NCBI GenBank assembly: GCA_000934665.2
Contig: KZ538290.1
Location: 1 to 64,000 of the forward strand
Length of the DNA: 64,000 nt
Direction: 5' to 3'
Source: Catajapyx aquilonaris
Taxonomy: Eukaryota
Part shown: positions 11,324 to 23,600 of the stretch, piece by piece
How the letters are laid out: every line of letters starts with the position of its first letter
Numbering within the stretch: the first letter of the stretch is position 1
The notes under the pieces: generated by a model
Database searches by the model: none
What the model saw: only the letters and a program-made list of their open reading frames with translations
Told to the model about the DNA's origin: nothing
Made by a program: the position numbers and the translations under genes

Positions 11324-11842
11324 CTGAAAAGGAAGAAAGCTGATCACAATGTGTGCAGTCTTGAAGTTAATTTACATTCAGCTCTGGTTAGAAACACTCA
11401 TGACTTAAGGCAACGCAGACGCGATCTGATGTAATTTTTATCAACTTAAGCCATTTTTATGTACCGTAATTAAAAAGCTGCGCATCGGCAATGTGGCTTC
11501 ATCGATTAAAAAATAATCATTATGAGGTTTAAATCTTTGCCCTGCATGATTAAGCCACTTTCACATTGAGTGCTGATGATAAACTGCTTAAGTACTGTAC
11601 ATGCCTATGGTAGTTTTTATAATACCTCAACATATTACCTACATCATAAATCTGGCATCACTGAAGTTGAAAACTGAGTTTGCTCGGACACTATACTACC
11701 GGTATGTCTGTGGACTGCAGCTTATAATATGAATTAATTATGAATGGCAGTGTGTTGCATTCATTAAAACATACAGGAGGTTTTGCCAGCTGTGGGAATT
11801 AGACACTTTTCACAGAGATAATTATGAAAAAAATAACCTTAC

Positions 11843-11886
11843 CTGCTATTCCAATAGGGATGGTTCGAGGAACAGGGACAGTCCAT
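11843..11886 (-). CDS. Divergent Bax inhibitor-1 (TMBIM6)-like gene, exon 1
   Basis: AAGATGG start; MDCPCSSNHPYWNS(R); strong phase-2 donor AG|GTAAGG matching the phase-2 acceptor at 11324. Confidence 0.65.
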
Positions 11887-12084
11887 CTTTAGGTTAAATA
11901 TATAGTACAGCGTCCAACATAGTTCTTTCTCTCTCTGTGCTCATAATTATAACGAGCTAAGTTAGTTTCGTTTCTTAGCAGCAATCATGTACTGCACAAC
12001 AAATAAAGCGAACATATTGCGGGAATTTATGCAACATCGAATATAATAATATTAGACCAGCTGTATCCCCCTGTACATTATTTA

Positions 12085-12231
12085 GGGCCGCTTTCTCGAA
12101 CAGTGGTTCAAATGTAAACCAGGTTCAAAGCCGGTTTAATCCCTTATTTGATTGTTGTTAGGCTGTTTTCAAGGGTTTAAATCGGCTTTGAACCGGGTTT
12201 ACATTTGAACCATTGTTCGAGAAAACGGCCC
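12085..12231. mobile_element. PIF/Harbinger (Tourist-like) MITE
   Basis: TTA|GGGCCG...CGGCCC|TTA target duplication; about 55-bp TIRs. Confidence 0.85.
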
Positions 12232-13301
12232 TTAGTTTCTAGGGACAGTATTTCCGAGCCAGAAACGTACAAGTTGATTGATCAGAGTCCATCCCAACAA
12301 TATAATTCTGTTGGTACTTTTGGATTCATTTCTTTGGTGCCAACAGAATTCCTTCCTGAAATCAGGTGGTCACAGTTTGTGTCACTGGGTTGGCAATATT
12401 GCTGTTCCTATAGCAACTGGAACAGTTTCTATAGACCGGTCCAGTTTACTTTGGGATGTGTAAATGTGTACTATAACGTACAGGCAGACTGGCAGAGGAA
12501 GGGTATATGTTGCTTGATCGATAATAAAAATACATAATAAAATTATGGTTGACCCTTGTTATTCATTGTTGGAAGTAATATTTAACAGCATATATAACAA
12601 GGGTCAACAATATGTTTTTGGTTTACAATCGATCACACAACCAAACATTAGGGTGGGAAGCATCGAACTCACAATCAGTGAAACAAATTCGGACGGATTG
12701 CGCTGGTTATTAAAAGTTGGTTAGTTTTTGTTAACAGTATGTTAATAACAATAATCGCAATTCGGCCGGATTTGTTTTATGGAGTTCGGTGCTCCCCGCC
12801 CTCAAAGAGACATCACACAGACCATACATAACTTACCGGGTCTTCCTATTGAAAGGGCTCTTTTAGTCAGATTTTTTTTGGCACTAAGCTGCTTTTTTCA
12901 GCAATTACTTGAATATTTACTTTTAGTGGTTATCAAAATTGCCAGTTGGAAATATTATATTGTGGAGACAGGTTCTTTTAAATGCCTGCAAGGAGTTCTT
13001 GCCTGAAAAAAGTGAGTTCTGTCATTGACAATATATTTAAAAATATATTGTTCAAATTTTATCAATAAAATCCGTTATTAAATCACAAAGACCAGTCTAT
13101 ATTATTTGCAATGTGGTTTGCAATGGTTTAGAAGCAAGAGAATGTTCATTAAACGTTCATGTAATGTCCGGTTAACGTCGTAATTGTCCATGTTCAGCAT
13201 CAATGTAATGTAAGCATCAAAACGTGCATATTAAATATAATTCTAAAATTTTGATATTTTTATTATAATAACTATGCTTCTAATGTGATTTCGTATTTAA
13301 C

Positions 13302-14209
13302 CTATTTTTCAATGTAAGAATTGACGAGGCTTTCGTACCTAACCGCCTTCTATATCATAATTCTGCCTTCAATCACTTTGACATATATTCACAAGAAAAT
13401 ATTTTCACATGAGCATAATACTCTTCAATCATATCAGCAAATATAACATTCTTTCTGAAAATACCAATACAAAAAATGTGTTGTATTTACCAAGAATATC
13501 CACAGCAGGATCTCGCCGGTGAAATGCTGGGTTTATATTGATCAAAACCTTTGCTACCGGTGTAGAGTACATGGGACTCATATCGGAGGGTACGAAAACA
13601 TACTTGCAACATGTCAAAAAAAAACACAGTAACAGCAACAAGATTGACGAATGAGCCGACAATATAAGTCTGCAGTGATGGAACTAGTACCGCATATACA
13701 TCTCCTCTGATAATATTGTAATTTTGTGTAATAAAGATAATAATTATCTGACTCAAAAATATAATAATTGCAGACCCACATTAAAATATTTAAAGGAATG
13801 CGCACATTGTGATGGCTTTTCATAAACAAACGGCATTAATTTGCGGAAACCACAGGGAATACGATTGCAACTAAATGACAATGCTTTGATGTGTTTAGCA
13901 AATAAGCGGCAGCCTGAGTAAATTGTATGCCTCCAGAAATGCCTCTGCTTTTGACAACTTCTTACAATTCATATGATTGCTGGCGATGCATAGGTTTTCT
14001 AAAGTTAAGTTGAGGTAGGGCAGAACGTATGAAGGGCAAAAACAATGCATTCTAATACCATTTCAGAAAATGTCATATTCCCTGCCCTAAATCGGCAACC
14101 TGTTTTAGGCACATTTTTTTTAACAATTTTATTTTTAGCGAACTACTGTAATTGTGACACTACAATGCATAACCTTACCCTACGGCAATTCGTGCAGGCC
14201 CACACACAT
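13302..14209 (-). pseudogene. BI-1-like pseudogene copy
   Basis: Colinear remnants against the intact copy: same GTAAGGTTAT exon-1 donor (14178), LSKAEAFLEAYNLL vs LNRSEKRFLMEMFLLL, PVAKVL vs GVATLL, QHFTG vs MHFCG followed by a phase-0 GT donor, IFSCEYMSK*LK..YD vs VFIYQYMHFSLK..YD; stops and frameshifts present. Confidence 0.75.
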
Positions 14210-14515
14210 ATACAAAAAATTACATACAATTTTATTCGCACTGAATGTAAAGTGCGTCGTTAACATTCTCTTGCCTGAGGCCTACACTGAAAATACTGCA
14301 CATAGTTGTATGGATTCTATTTCCCACAGGAGTAGTAGTATATAATTTTGCCACTGTGACAGTAACGCATATAGAACAATGTCAAGTGGCCTCACATTAT
14401 CCTGACATCTGATACGAAACAGATAGGGTATCGAATATCCGAATATTTCCGAGCATGCCATACATGATTGAAGTCGAAGCCGTTAACGACCCACACGAGC
14501 AACCTGTCGCAGCCG

Positions 14516-14823
14516 TGACGTAACAGGTGAACACCCAATTCGTCCCCGTTGAAAAGACGTCACGACACGTGAGTCACCACGCCGAACTCTTGCCTCCCCC
14601 ATCTCTAAGTACACATTGGCCATATATCTAAGTCCCCCCCCCCCCCTCAATTTTTTTTTTTCGTTGTCGCGTAGGCCGCAGGCTCCTCCCAGATAGGAAC
14701 GACTTTAGGCTCTTCTCCGGTGTGCCTCTCACCTGGTTGGCCCCACGTCCGGTTAGCCCTGCTCGGATTGGCCGCCCAGCTTGACGTGCGTGGGTTCTCC
14801 CCGTGTATCAAATAATTATAAAG
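14516..14823 (+). promoter_or_regulatory. Probable prohormone-4 promoter (CRE-like sites, CCAAT box, TATA box)
   Basis: GC-rich patch with TGACGTAA (14516), GACGTCA (~14556), ATTGG (14767), TGACGT (14782) and TATAAAG (14817-14823), about 250 nt upstream of the ATG. Confidence 0.6.
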
Positions 14824-15067
14824 GGCAAAAGAGAAGTGCTAGCTTACCTGCAATAGCGGAGGGGTCGCCATACCGAACTGTGAGGCTCCGAGCCGAGCCC
14901 GCCAAATAAGATACATATAAACACACTACATTACACTGAAACTCCTCTTCTTCCTCTAGTCTATTTTTTTTAAGTTCCGGATACAGTTCGCGGGTGTTTT
15001 CCTATAGAACTCCCCATTTTTTTTGGCCCTTACCACTCCTTCCCCGGTCTCCTTGCACGGCTTCGCC

Positions 15068-15194
15068 ATGAATATCAACCTTCTGCACCTGATAGCAGTT
15101 TCTTCACTCGTCCTTTTCGGCTGCGCCGCTTTTTCTGTGGTCCACGCTCTTGACCTCAGCAAGCTCTATGGCCACCGAAACATCAAACGAGATG
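15068..15194 (+). CDS. PROH4: Prohormone-4 / IDLSRF-like peptide precursor, coding exon 1 (signal peptide + mature peptide)
   Basis: GCCATG start; MNINLLHLIAVSSLVLFGCAAFSVVHA is a hydrophobic signal peptide, followed by LDLSKLYGHRNI-KR-DG, similar to insect IDLSRFYGHFNT-KR; phase-1 donor G|GTGAGT at 15195. Confidence 0.95.
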
Positions 15195-17561
15195 GTGAGT
15201 ACATTAGTTTTTTTTTCACGCCGGTGGCAAAAATGTCGAGTGAGCTTGAATTGTCATTTTTGGAAAGCCTGTCAGATACAGAGTTATTTGTTCAGTGTGA
15301 CCGGTTCTTTTGCTTCAGATATAGAACTTTATGGTGTTTGCATGGGGAAGCATGTATTGTTTAAAAGCTAAGTGGGATTATGGGCTTTTATTGAATAAAT
15401 TGGCATAATTTCCAGATATTTCTGATTTCTTTTGACGGAATGTGTTAAGTATATGGGTGTAGTAAGGTAGATAATTATATGGTTCCCTTTAAGCCTGCAC
15501 ATTCTCAGATATTTTCTCACCTCCAACTTTTTAAAAAGTAATGGCAAATGTCGGCAAGCGAATTGCCATTGCAACTGATGTATTTTTTCGCACTTGTTTC
15601 TAAAATTAGGCCCAGCCCCAGATAAATAAAAGAAAATGTTCTGTAAAAGAAAAAGAAGTCCGAGAAAGCTTTTTGCGCCTAGAATATAAGCACTGAAACA
15701 TTAATGTATCCATCTGAGGCACAAAGGGAATGAATCGATACAACCCCAAATCCATGTCCACACTTTAAGGAAGCAAAAAGATCCACATGGTGAGAATAGC
15801 AAATATTTTATACAAGGTTATGTGAGGTATGGCGAAATAATGTAACAGGATATTAAGACACTTAATCCCCTTCATAGTCCTCAAAGCAGGAGGCTAGTAG
15901 GCTATAATGAATGTGTTATATTCAATGTAGGATAATAAGCAGAAGGCCAAACTAAGCTCTAGCACTAGGTTTCTTGCAGACAATATTCATGTGCTGAATT
16001 GCTTATATATTAAATCACAAGGTTGTATAGTCGTAATAGGAATAACCCATTTTGTCACGTCTACAAAAAAAAAGTTGGCCCAAAAATTCCAGTGCATCCA
16101 ACACATTTGATTCAGAAAATTCTAGTCTTCTTTTATGCTCTATTTTTAAGAATAAGAATCTATGGAATTCAGCAGTGGCGACGTCAAATATGATTTCATA
16201 GAGGCTAACCTATGAGAATTCCTTCTATTACATAAGTACGAACTTGGGGGGCACATTTCTTCGGAGGGGTTTATCTAAACTCCTGAAATAATATAAACAA
16301 TATGTACGACTTTATGTTGTGTTACTGCCATTAATGTTATGTAGCATATCTTAAATGCCATATAATAACTAATAATAACCAATAATAATATATGCAGTAA
16401 TTTTAATGCTTGGTCAATAATAAATGTAATATTTATTTAAAGCCCATAATTCTTCTAGTAAGAAAAATGCACTACGCAGTTGATCTATATATACTATTAT
16501 ACAAGTACAAGTAGTATGCTCATCAATACAGGTAGGTGATTTTACCAATATCCTGCAATATAACTCCACACACACCAAGGTCAAGCCTGAGCCTCCATTA
16601 GCAATAGAATGTCTCTGGTTCTGCCTAAACCCATTCTTCTGGTGGCCTGGAACAAAATCAATGGACATAGGACTGGTATAGTTTCAGCGGAAATTCTATC
16701 TGAGTCCTGATAATCCATCACGCCTCCTCCACTCGCAGGGCGGACATGTGTGACGAGTTCAAGAGATCAGAATTTCCCAAGTGGGACGAACTCCTGGCTT
16801 TTTCCGAGGCTTCACCTGTAAAGGTTCACCCGTCGCTATCGTGTTCACTCGATGAAAAATTATACCCCAAAGTGGGTAGGCGTTACCTATTGTTCAGTGC
16901 CTAAAATGGCTAGCTATATGAGCCTACTACATACCCCTAGTGCATCGTGCTGTCCGGGCGCGAATCACGAGTTATACATTATTTTGGGATAGTCGTAAAG
17001 GGACACTTTACGAACACTTCTTTGGCATATTTGTTGGACAGGTACACAGTTCGTTTCGTATGCAAACTGAGAGCTTGGGGGGGGGGGGGGNAATAGCGAG
17101 GCCTTTCTCAATTTGTTGCGACACTATGTTGTTTTCAAATTTGCCAGTCCAGATGGTTTCTGCGTATGTAGCTGGCTTTGCTACGTACAGTATATCAGTA
17201 AATATTCAGCTGCGGTTTATGCCCTCTCTTTGATACATTTAATGGGGAAACTTTATTTGCGAAACTTTGCGTTTCCCGATATAAAATTAATGCTCCCCAC
17301 ACAATTCACAATGCCAGTGTCAAATGTAATGACCATAATTCATATGTAAACCGTGGCTCATATCAAATGTAGATTGCCCTAAGCCTCGCATGTTGTAACA
17401 AACGAGATATCAATCACACTCTGCGTCAACCTAAGGGTAAAACCAAATAGAGCCGTGTCAAGGTAGCTTAAAATTTTTAACTCGCTCATGCACAGCGCAA
17501 AATGTGCTTGCAGGAGGTTCATTCAGCAAGACAGTGCCAACTGTTGGGCTTGGTCGTTACA

Positions 17562-17562
<1 letters not shown>

Positions 17563-17646
<84 letters not shown>
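17563..17646. repeat. (TTA)28 microsatellite
   Basis: Perfect trinucleotide run; explains the poly-Leu ORF 17488-17760. Confidence 0.98.
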
Positions 17647-17648
<2 letters not shown>

Positions 17649-20600
17649 GCAATTTAAGATCGTAGTTTATGCAATATGTAAAGCTATACATGGGTTTGCA
17701 GTACATGCAAGTGAGAGGATAAAATTTAAATATGCAAAATCATTGTTTTTCTTCAGGTAGACATAACACCTTTCCTGACTCAATCAACACATCCAAACCA
17801 ATCAAATAATTATTAATGTAAGCATACATCGTCATTGTTGACCATGTGTTAAGCGAGGTATATATCATAATAACCATGCTCACGATTAAATGTTTAAACA
17901 ATGTTCAACAATACCCTCATAAAATGGAAACAAAAATACCCTATAGTTAGGTTTACCAGTAATTTATTAATGCAACAAATTGCATTAATGTATTAATGTC
18001 ATACACAGTATATTCACTAACGAATTTGACACTTATTTCGGCATGATTCAATATACCGTTGGTAATGGAATAACATGGGACTAAACACCCTACCCTGTCT
18101 GTGGATGCTACATTGATTGACATCGCCATCAGATTACTTATCTAAACGTCAACACACCCCGTCATTACAAACCTGCTCCCTGAAACCCCATTGAATTTTA
18201 CCATCTTGAGTACCTCATATTTAAAATTCAATAAAGTTGCAATATCGGTCATATTTAATTTCCCACTTTTATTTTAACTATTAAAATTGGTCAAGTTCAA
18301 ACCGAAGAAAGATCTAACCGAATAAGATTTCTCGCGGGACCGAACAACACACCCTCCGGTTTTTCTTAGGGAAAGCTTGTACATAATTTAAACGAGTAGC
18401 CCAAACGAATCTCTGCGGCTGGGAAGTGGAGGGGTGGGGATCACAAGTCGCTAATGGAAATAGGATTAACGAGGTTGGGTCGGCGGGGAAGGTTGAGGAG
18501 GATCGGGTACCTTCATCATCCTTATCACCTACCCCATCTCCTTAGAGAGACTGATAACACGTTCCCACAACCCTCAATTGCAGTACTCATCAATCTAGAA
18601 CGAATTCCTTCTTTGTCTCTGAGAGTCAACAGCTGGGGGATGTACTGGGCTCATTTAGAAAAAGAAGAAAAAAAATGGGTTCAATCATAGTGACAAATTC
18701 ATTCCTGCAACGCTGCTGGTTCTGGCAGCTCGTTATGAAAAGATTAACCGTTCCCGGCATTTATAATCAATGATAATAGTGCAGGGTTTCTCAATGACCA
18801 GCAATGCGCTCGACTAGATTAATTATTGTTTCTGATATATGGTAGAATTTATTTGGGCATTTTTAACCCACTTTTTGCTGATTAGTTCCGTGACATTCGC
18901 GTGACAAGCCCTACTGTAGAATTACGTCGCTGACCCTACTGTTCCGGCTCGATTTCGTCTGTGGGCGTCGTGTATTTTCCGGCGTCAAAACATGCTAATA
19001 AACAGGGAACAGACCCGGGAAGTCACGGAAACTGGGAATAAACCTTGAATCAACATTTTGTCTGAAAATATAAAAGTTTTGCCCTTGTTTAATAAAATAT
19101 AACGCACTGTATCACGCTCCCCTGCCTTACATAATATTTCATGACAGCCTAAATAAGTGCAATCAACGTCAACACGTACAAGTGCAAAGGTGTCAGTCAC
19201 GGATGATGTGCACTTTCAACAAGCTGTGAATACAACAACTCAAGTAGTAAATCCCGCAGGCAAAATTATGCCGTCTGCAAACTTCCCCAATGTTAGTGTA
19301 CACATCCAATTACGAGTTTGCACCCCAGTAATTTGCAAAAGGGCATGTGCAACCCAGGCCGTAATTGGCCAGCTTATTGAAAGGATGTTCCGAACTGATA
19401 CTCACGTCCAGCTCACGTCAGTATAGGATTTTACAATGTTTATATATAGTGTACCTTTCTTGGAAATACAATTACTGTTGCGTACTTTTATAGGGTGTTT
19501 CTCTATTTTATTAACTGACATTTTATCTTTAATTAGAGAGGTTGTTAAAAACAACTTAGTTCAATGGTGCAAAAGGGAACTTTCTGTGTAAAATTTTCCC
19601 GTGGTCACTAGGACCCGGCCTTTTCGCCCAGTCGACCAGCTATAAAAGAAGGAAACGAGTCGTTTCTGGAATGGGGCTATTCCCAGCTGTCCCTTTACCC
19701 GTGCAAAACTTGGCAGGTTCTGGACAGGTCCAGAAGGGAAACTTTTTTTTCCCACCGTCATTCCCACAAATATGAAAACACCGTCGTTCGATATGTTTCG
19801 GTCGTCCGCATCACATTTTCTCAAGTCCCTTCAAAGGCATCGGGAGTTTTCCAAATGGGGAAGAAAAACCTCTTTTCCTCCCACTTGTAGAGCAAAGTGG
19901 ATCATTAGGACGGACCCTACTGCCGCGAGGTTTGCCCCATTAGGAGACCTAGGCCGCAGTTTCGCTCAATAAAAATATATATCCTTGTCGGAGTGAATGC
20001 TTCTAGATAATGGCCCCCAAGAATCACAAATCAGGAGTTCAATCGTGGTTCTGGTACCCACGTGTTATGATCTTTCTTTAAGGGTGCTTATATCATTTTC
20101 AAGCTGAAAGGTGGATATAATAGTTTACATTTCTATAGGAGTGATTTTGGTTGATGTTATATTATCCACGTTAATGCTACATTGATAAATTGGCACTTGA
20201 AAATGACTGTCTGAAACTTGATTTTTTTTTTAAAAAAAGGTTGGATGAGTTCCAAAGATCAAAATCAGCCAGAGGCGATTTCGCTGGGGGAAAAAAAATG
20301 CGCACTCCACCGCTCTCGTGAAGTCTATTCTACTTGGCTGCGAAACCCAGTTACTTCAAGTTCCCAATTGGCCACACTTTGCATTCCACTCGCCTGCCCC
20401 TGACACAAACCCTGTTGCCAACCCTATAGACCCCTCTGATCAAGATATTTCTCAGAGTGACGTCGCATCTATTACAAGCTCTCCTGCAGTGCATTAGGAA
20501 ACATCCTAGTGACGTCTCCGTTACAAGCAATCATTCTACGAAAAGGCGGTAAACAGAATATGAACTACACTGACATTTAGGCGACACTCTTCTACCTAGC

Positions 20601-23600
20601 CCATACTAAATTATTCATGTCCTGGAGTTCCTGATAGGCAACAACCCCCTTTCATGATAAATTAACTCGAGCTTGGATAGCTTCAGAGTTGGAATAATTT
20701 AGTGGCGTCATGGTGTACATCATGTGTAAAGGTTACGACATTTCCATTGGTCTTCTAGAGCTATGACGTCATAGATCGCGTGAATAAGGCTAGAGCTCGT
20801 GACGTAGCTCAGATTGATTGCATCTTGTTCCTTAGGTATGGATTTTCTTAATGCCAATGCATTGAGTTTTTTACCCATTGTATTTTCAGGTCAAGCAGGG
20901 GCCCCTAGATACTTGAACTACACTAAGGCTTAACTCACGGTAGAGCAGGTCGCATTGAAGGTTAATCCAGGTCTATAATTGCACACTTGTAAATTAAAAA
21001 CATCAAAGGGTACGGGAATTTGGTCTGATTCGCCCTACCTTAATTCTCGTGGTTGGTGTAATTTGCAATTACTTCACGCCGAGCAGGACTTTGTGCACTC
21101 GGAAAAGGTCTGCGGACAAGGCGGACATCACGCTGAATTAATCACAGTGTTATTGCGAAAAATACCGTGTGTAATTTGCGGTCTTTAGACAAACCAGCCG
21201 GAGTTGCCCACTCATAAACTACAGTAGTTTGCAAGTTCCCGGCAGTTTATATTTCTAAAACATATATTTTGCTTAGATTTTAATGATGAAAAAGTGAGTG
21301 GGATGTTCTGTGACGATTCGTAATAATATAAGAAAGTGGGTTAATTATGAAGAGAAATGAGAAGGCGGATGATGACAAATTGCGTGTTTTTAAAGTCCAA
21401 CGAGTTAATGGAAGAAGTCTTCCGGAAATGAAAGGAAGTAGTACAGTGTATTAACTTCCTGACTATAGGCGACTGATTTTAGATGGGAAATTCAACGCAT
21501 TGTGAGCATATAGAATCAGAATTTTTAGGGCAAATATCAACATGTAGTGTAAACAGACAAAAAACAATTTGCGCCAATATTGTTATGGATCAGTGTTTTT
21601 TGCACTATTTTGAATTACTTTATAATATACTGGTTCAGGTTGTTCAGAACTGGCTATAGTGGCTATGCTATTGAACTGAACTTGTGTGAGAGAAATTAAT
21701 TACTCGTCCGTTTGTTCAGTACGCCATGCATACCGGTACAGTACCTTAAAACAACCCATACTGTAAATATCCAGATATATATAGACGACAGTAAAACTGC
21801 GCAGATATCGGGTCAATCGAAATACGAATCAAGATCCCGCCGAGTTCACGTTATGCTGGTAGCAATAATTTTCCGTCCTACGTCTCTATCGAGGGCTATT
21901 ATGCCTCGGGGCATAAGTCGGAAATGGAAGTTGTTCCATTTCGAAGCGCATTCACCTCTGCGGAGACGCAGAGCAGAGTCTTTTCTTATCGTAGTCAGTC
22001 AAATTCAGGAGAAGTTGTTAAAATAAGAAACCTTGAGCTGAGACTTGTTCAGTGATATTGATTTCATATAATATGCCAGAATTAATGTACCATGTAATTT
22101 GTTTTAAAATGCTTCTTGGGAGTTACAATCTGTCGCTTCTTCCGCGTGATCAGTAGTTATTCAGTAATAAACGAGTATTTTATTCCGAATAATGCCACGT
22201 TATCTGTAAGGGCAAAATAGCGGGAGAGTTGAATCGTTGTCAACGCTATTTTTTTCTCATTTGTTACCACCTACCGTAGCTCATAGGTGAGTCAATGATT
22301 TAACACATGTTATGATTGAACTGCTATCTCAGTTTTGGACTATTTGGCTGTAGAATCATTGTAATGACTGATATTGTTATACATGACTGCCTAAGATTTA
22401 TATCAGGTTTATTTTTTTTGCATAGGTTGTATAACTATTTGCCTTTGTGTAGGGATACTTTGTTCCCACCTTATTAACTTCATGGGGCTCTGCAAATTTA
22501 CAGTATCTATTATCCTGCAATTACTCTCACGAGGTATCCCTTTATGTTTCGCCAAAGGTTGGCCCAAAGTCGCCGCATCTCTCTAAAGCCTCAAGAATAC
22601 GATTAGATTCCCAAGTTTCTCAGCGGGTTTCAGGAAATTCATACGGTATTAGGTTGTCTGTATATAATTTACATAGCTCACCGCAATGTGAAATGCACTT
22701 TCTAATAATTACTAATATTCTGCAATGTTTTCAAATTTTACATCGGAATATTTTCTATTACTCTTTACCATACCGTCACTAAATCACGGATATTTTTTCA
22801 TAATATGTAATAATTGGAAGAGTATGAAATGAAGTGCCTGCAAACATTTCATGCAGATATGCGTAGAACGAATAGACTCATGGGAGATTCCCGTTTGAGC
22901 CGAGCCTATGTTTCTCTCTCTCGCACTACGCAGGTGGTGACGACTTTCCATATTCATGAATTTACGCTACAATGACTGTAAATGTGATTAACTAGTGGAT
23001 GTAGCACAATAGTGGAACGAAAAATTTGCAGCGCATATCAAACCCAGCTAGAACAAAAACTATATAGATGGAATTTACTGCGTATTGATTAATAGAACTG
23101 AAGGATAAATAAATATATTATGCTTTTTGTTAATTATTCAGATTCGCTAAATCCATATCTGATACAACCGAATTAAGCAAGTGTAAAATTTGAGAGTTAT
23201 TACTGCTACTATTAGGTACTGTACCTGTTGGAAGCCGCGAAAATGCGGTTTTTGTAAAACTCTAGGCAGCTCTATGCATTTATAGATTTATTACACGCGC
23301 AAGATTTTACGCATTAGGCATATAATCGGACTTCATCAAGATACTTTTTGTATAGTAGGGCAATTAATTTGAAAAGTTCTATATCGTGACTCTTATTGCT
23401 ATAAATCCTGAATCCTATTAGCCATTGTTAATTAAAAGTTTTTAAAAGTGTATTGTACATAGCCTTAGGATTAATTAGAAATTACATTGAACGTCACGTC
23501 GTATTTACCTAATGATCTATTAAAGTAAAACATACAGGCCTACACTGAAAATGTTGGAAAGAGCTTCGTTGCGCCTTACTAAATCCATTCATAAACTTTA

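Noticed and set aside
12600..13005. Possible further BI-1-like copy (RHLKE, KRAL...G|GTAAGT)
   Set aside because: Splice-like signals are present but too few residue matches to call.
17077..17091. Poly-G runs with an adjacent N (also 3465-3486)
   Set aside because: Probably assembly breaks at homopolymers; length and adjacency are unreliable, so no G-quadruplex claim is made.
17488..17760. Poly-leucine ORF
   Set aside because: Translation of the (TTA)28 microsatellite.
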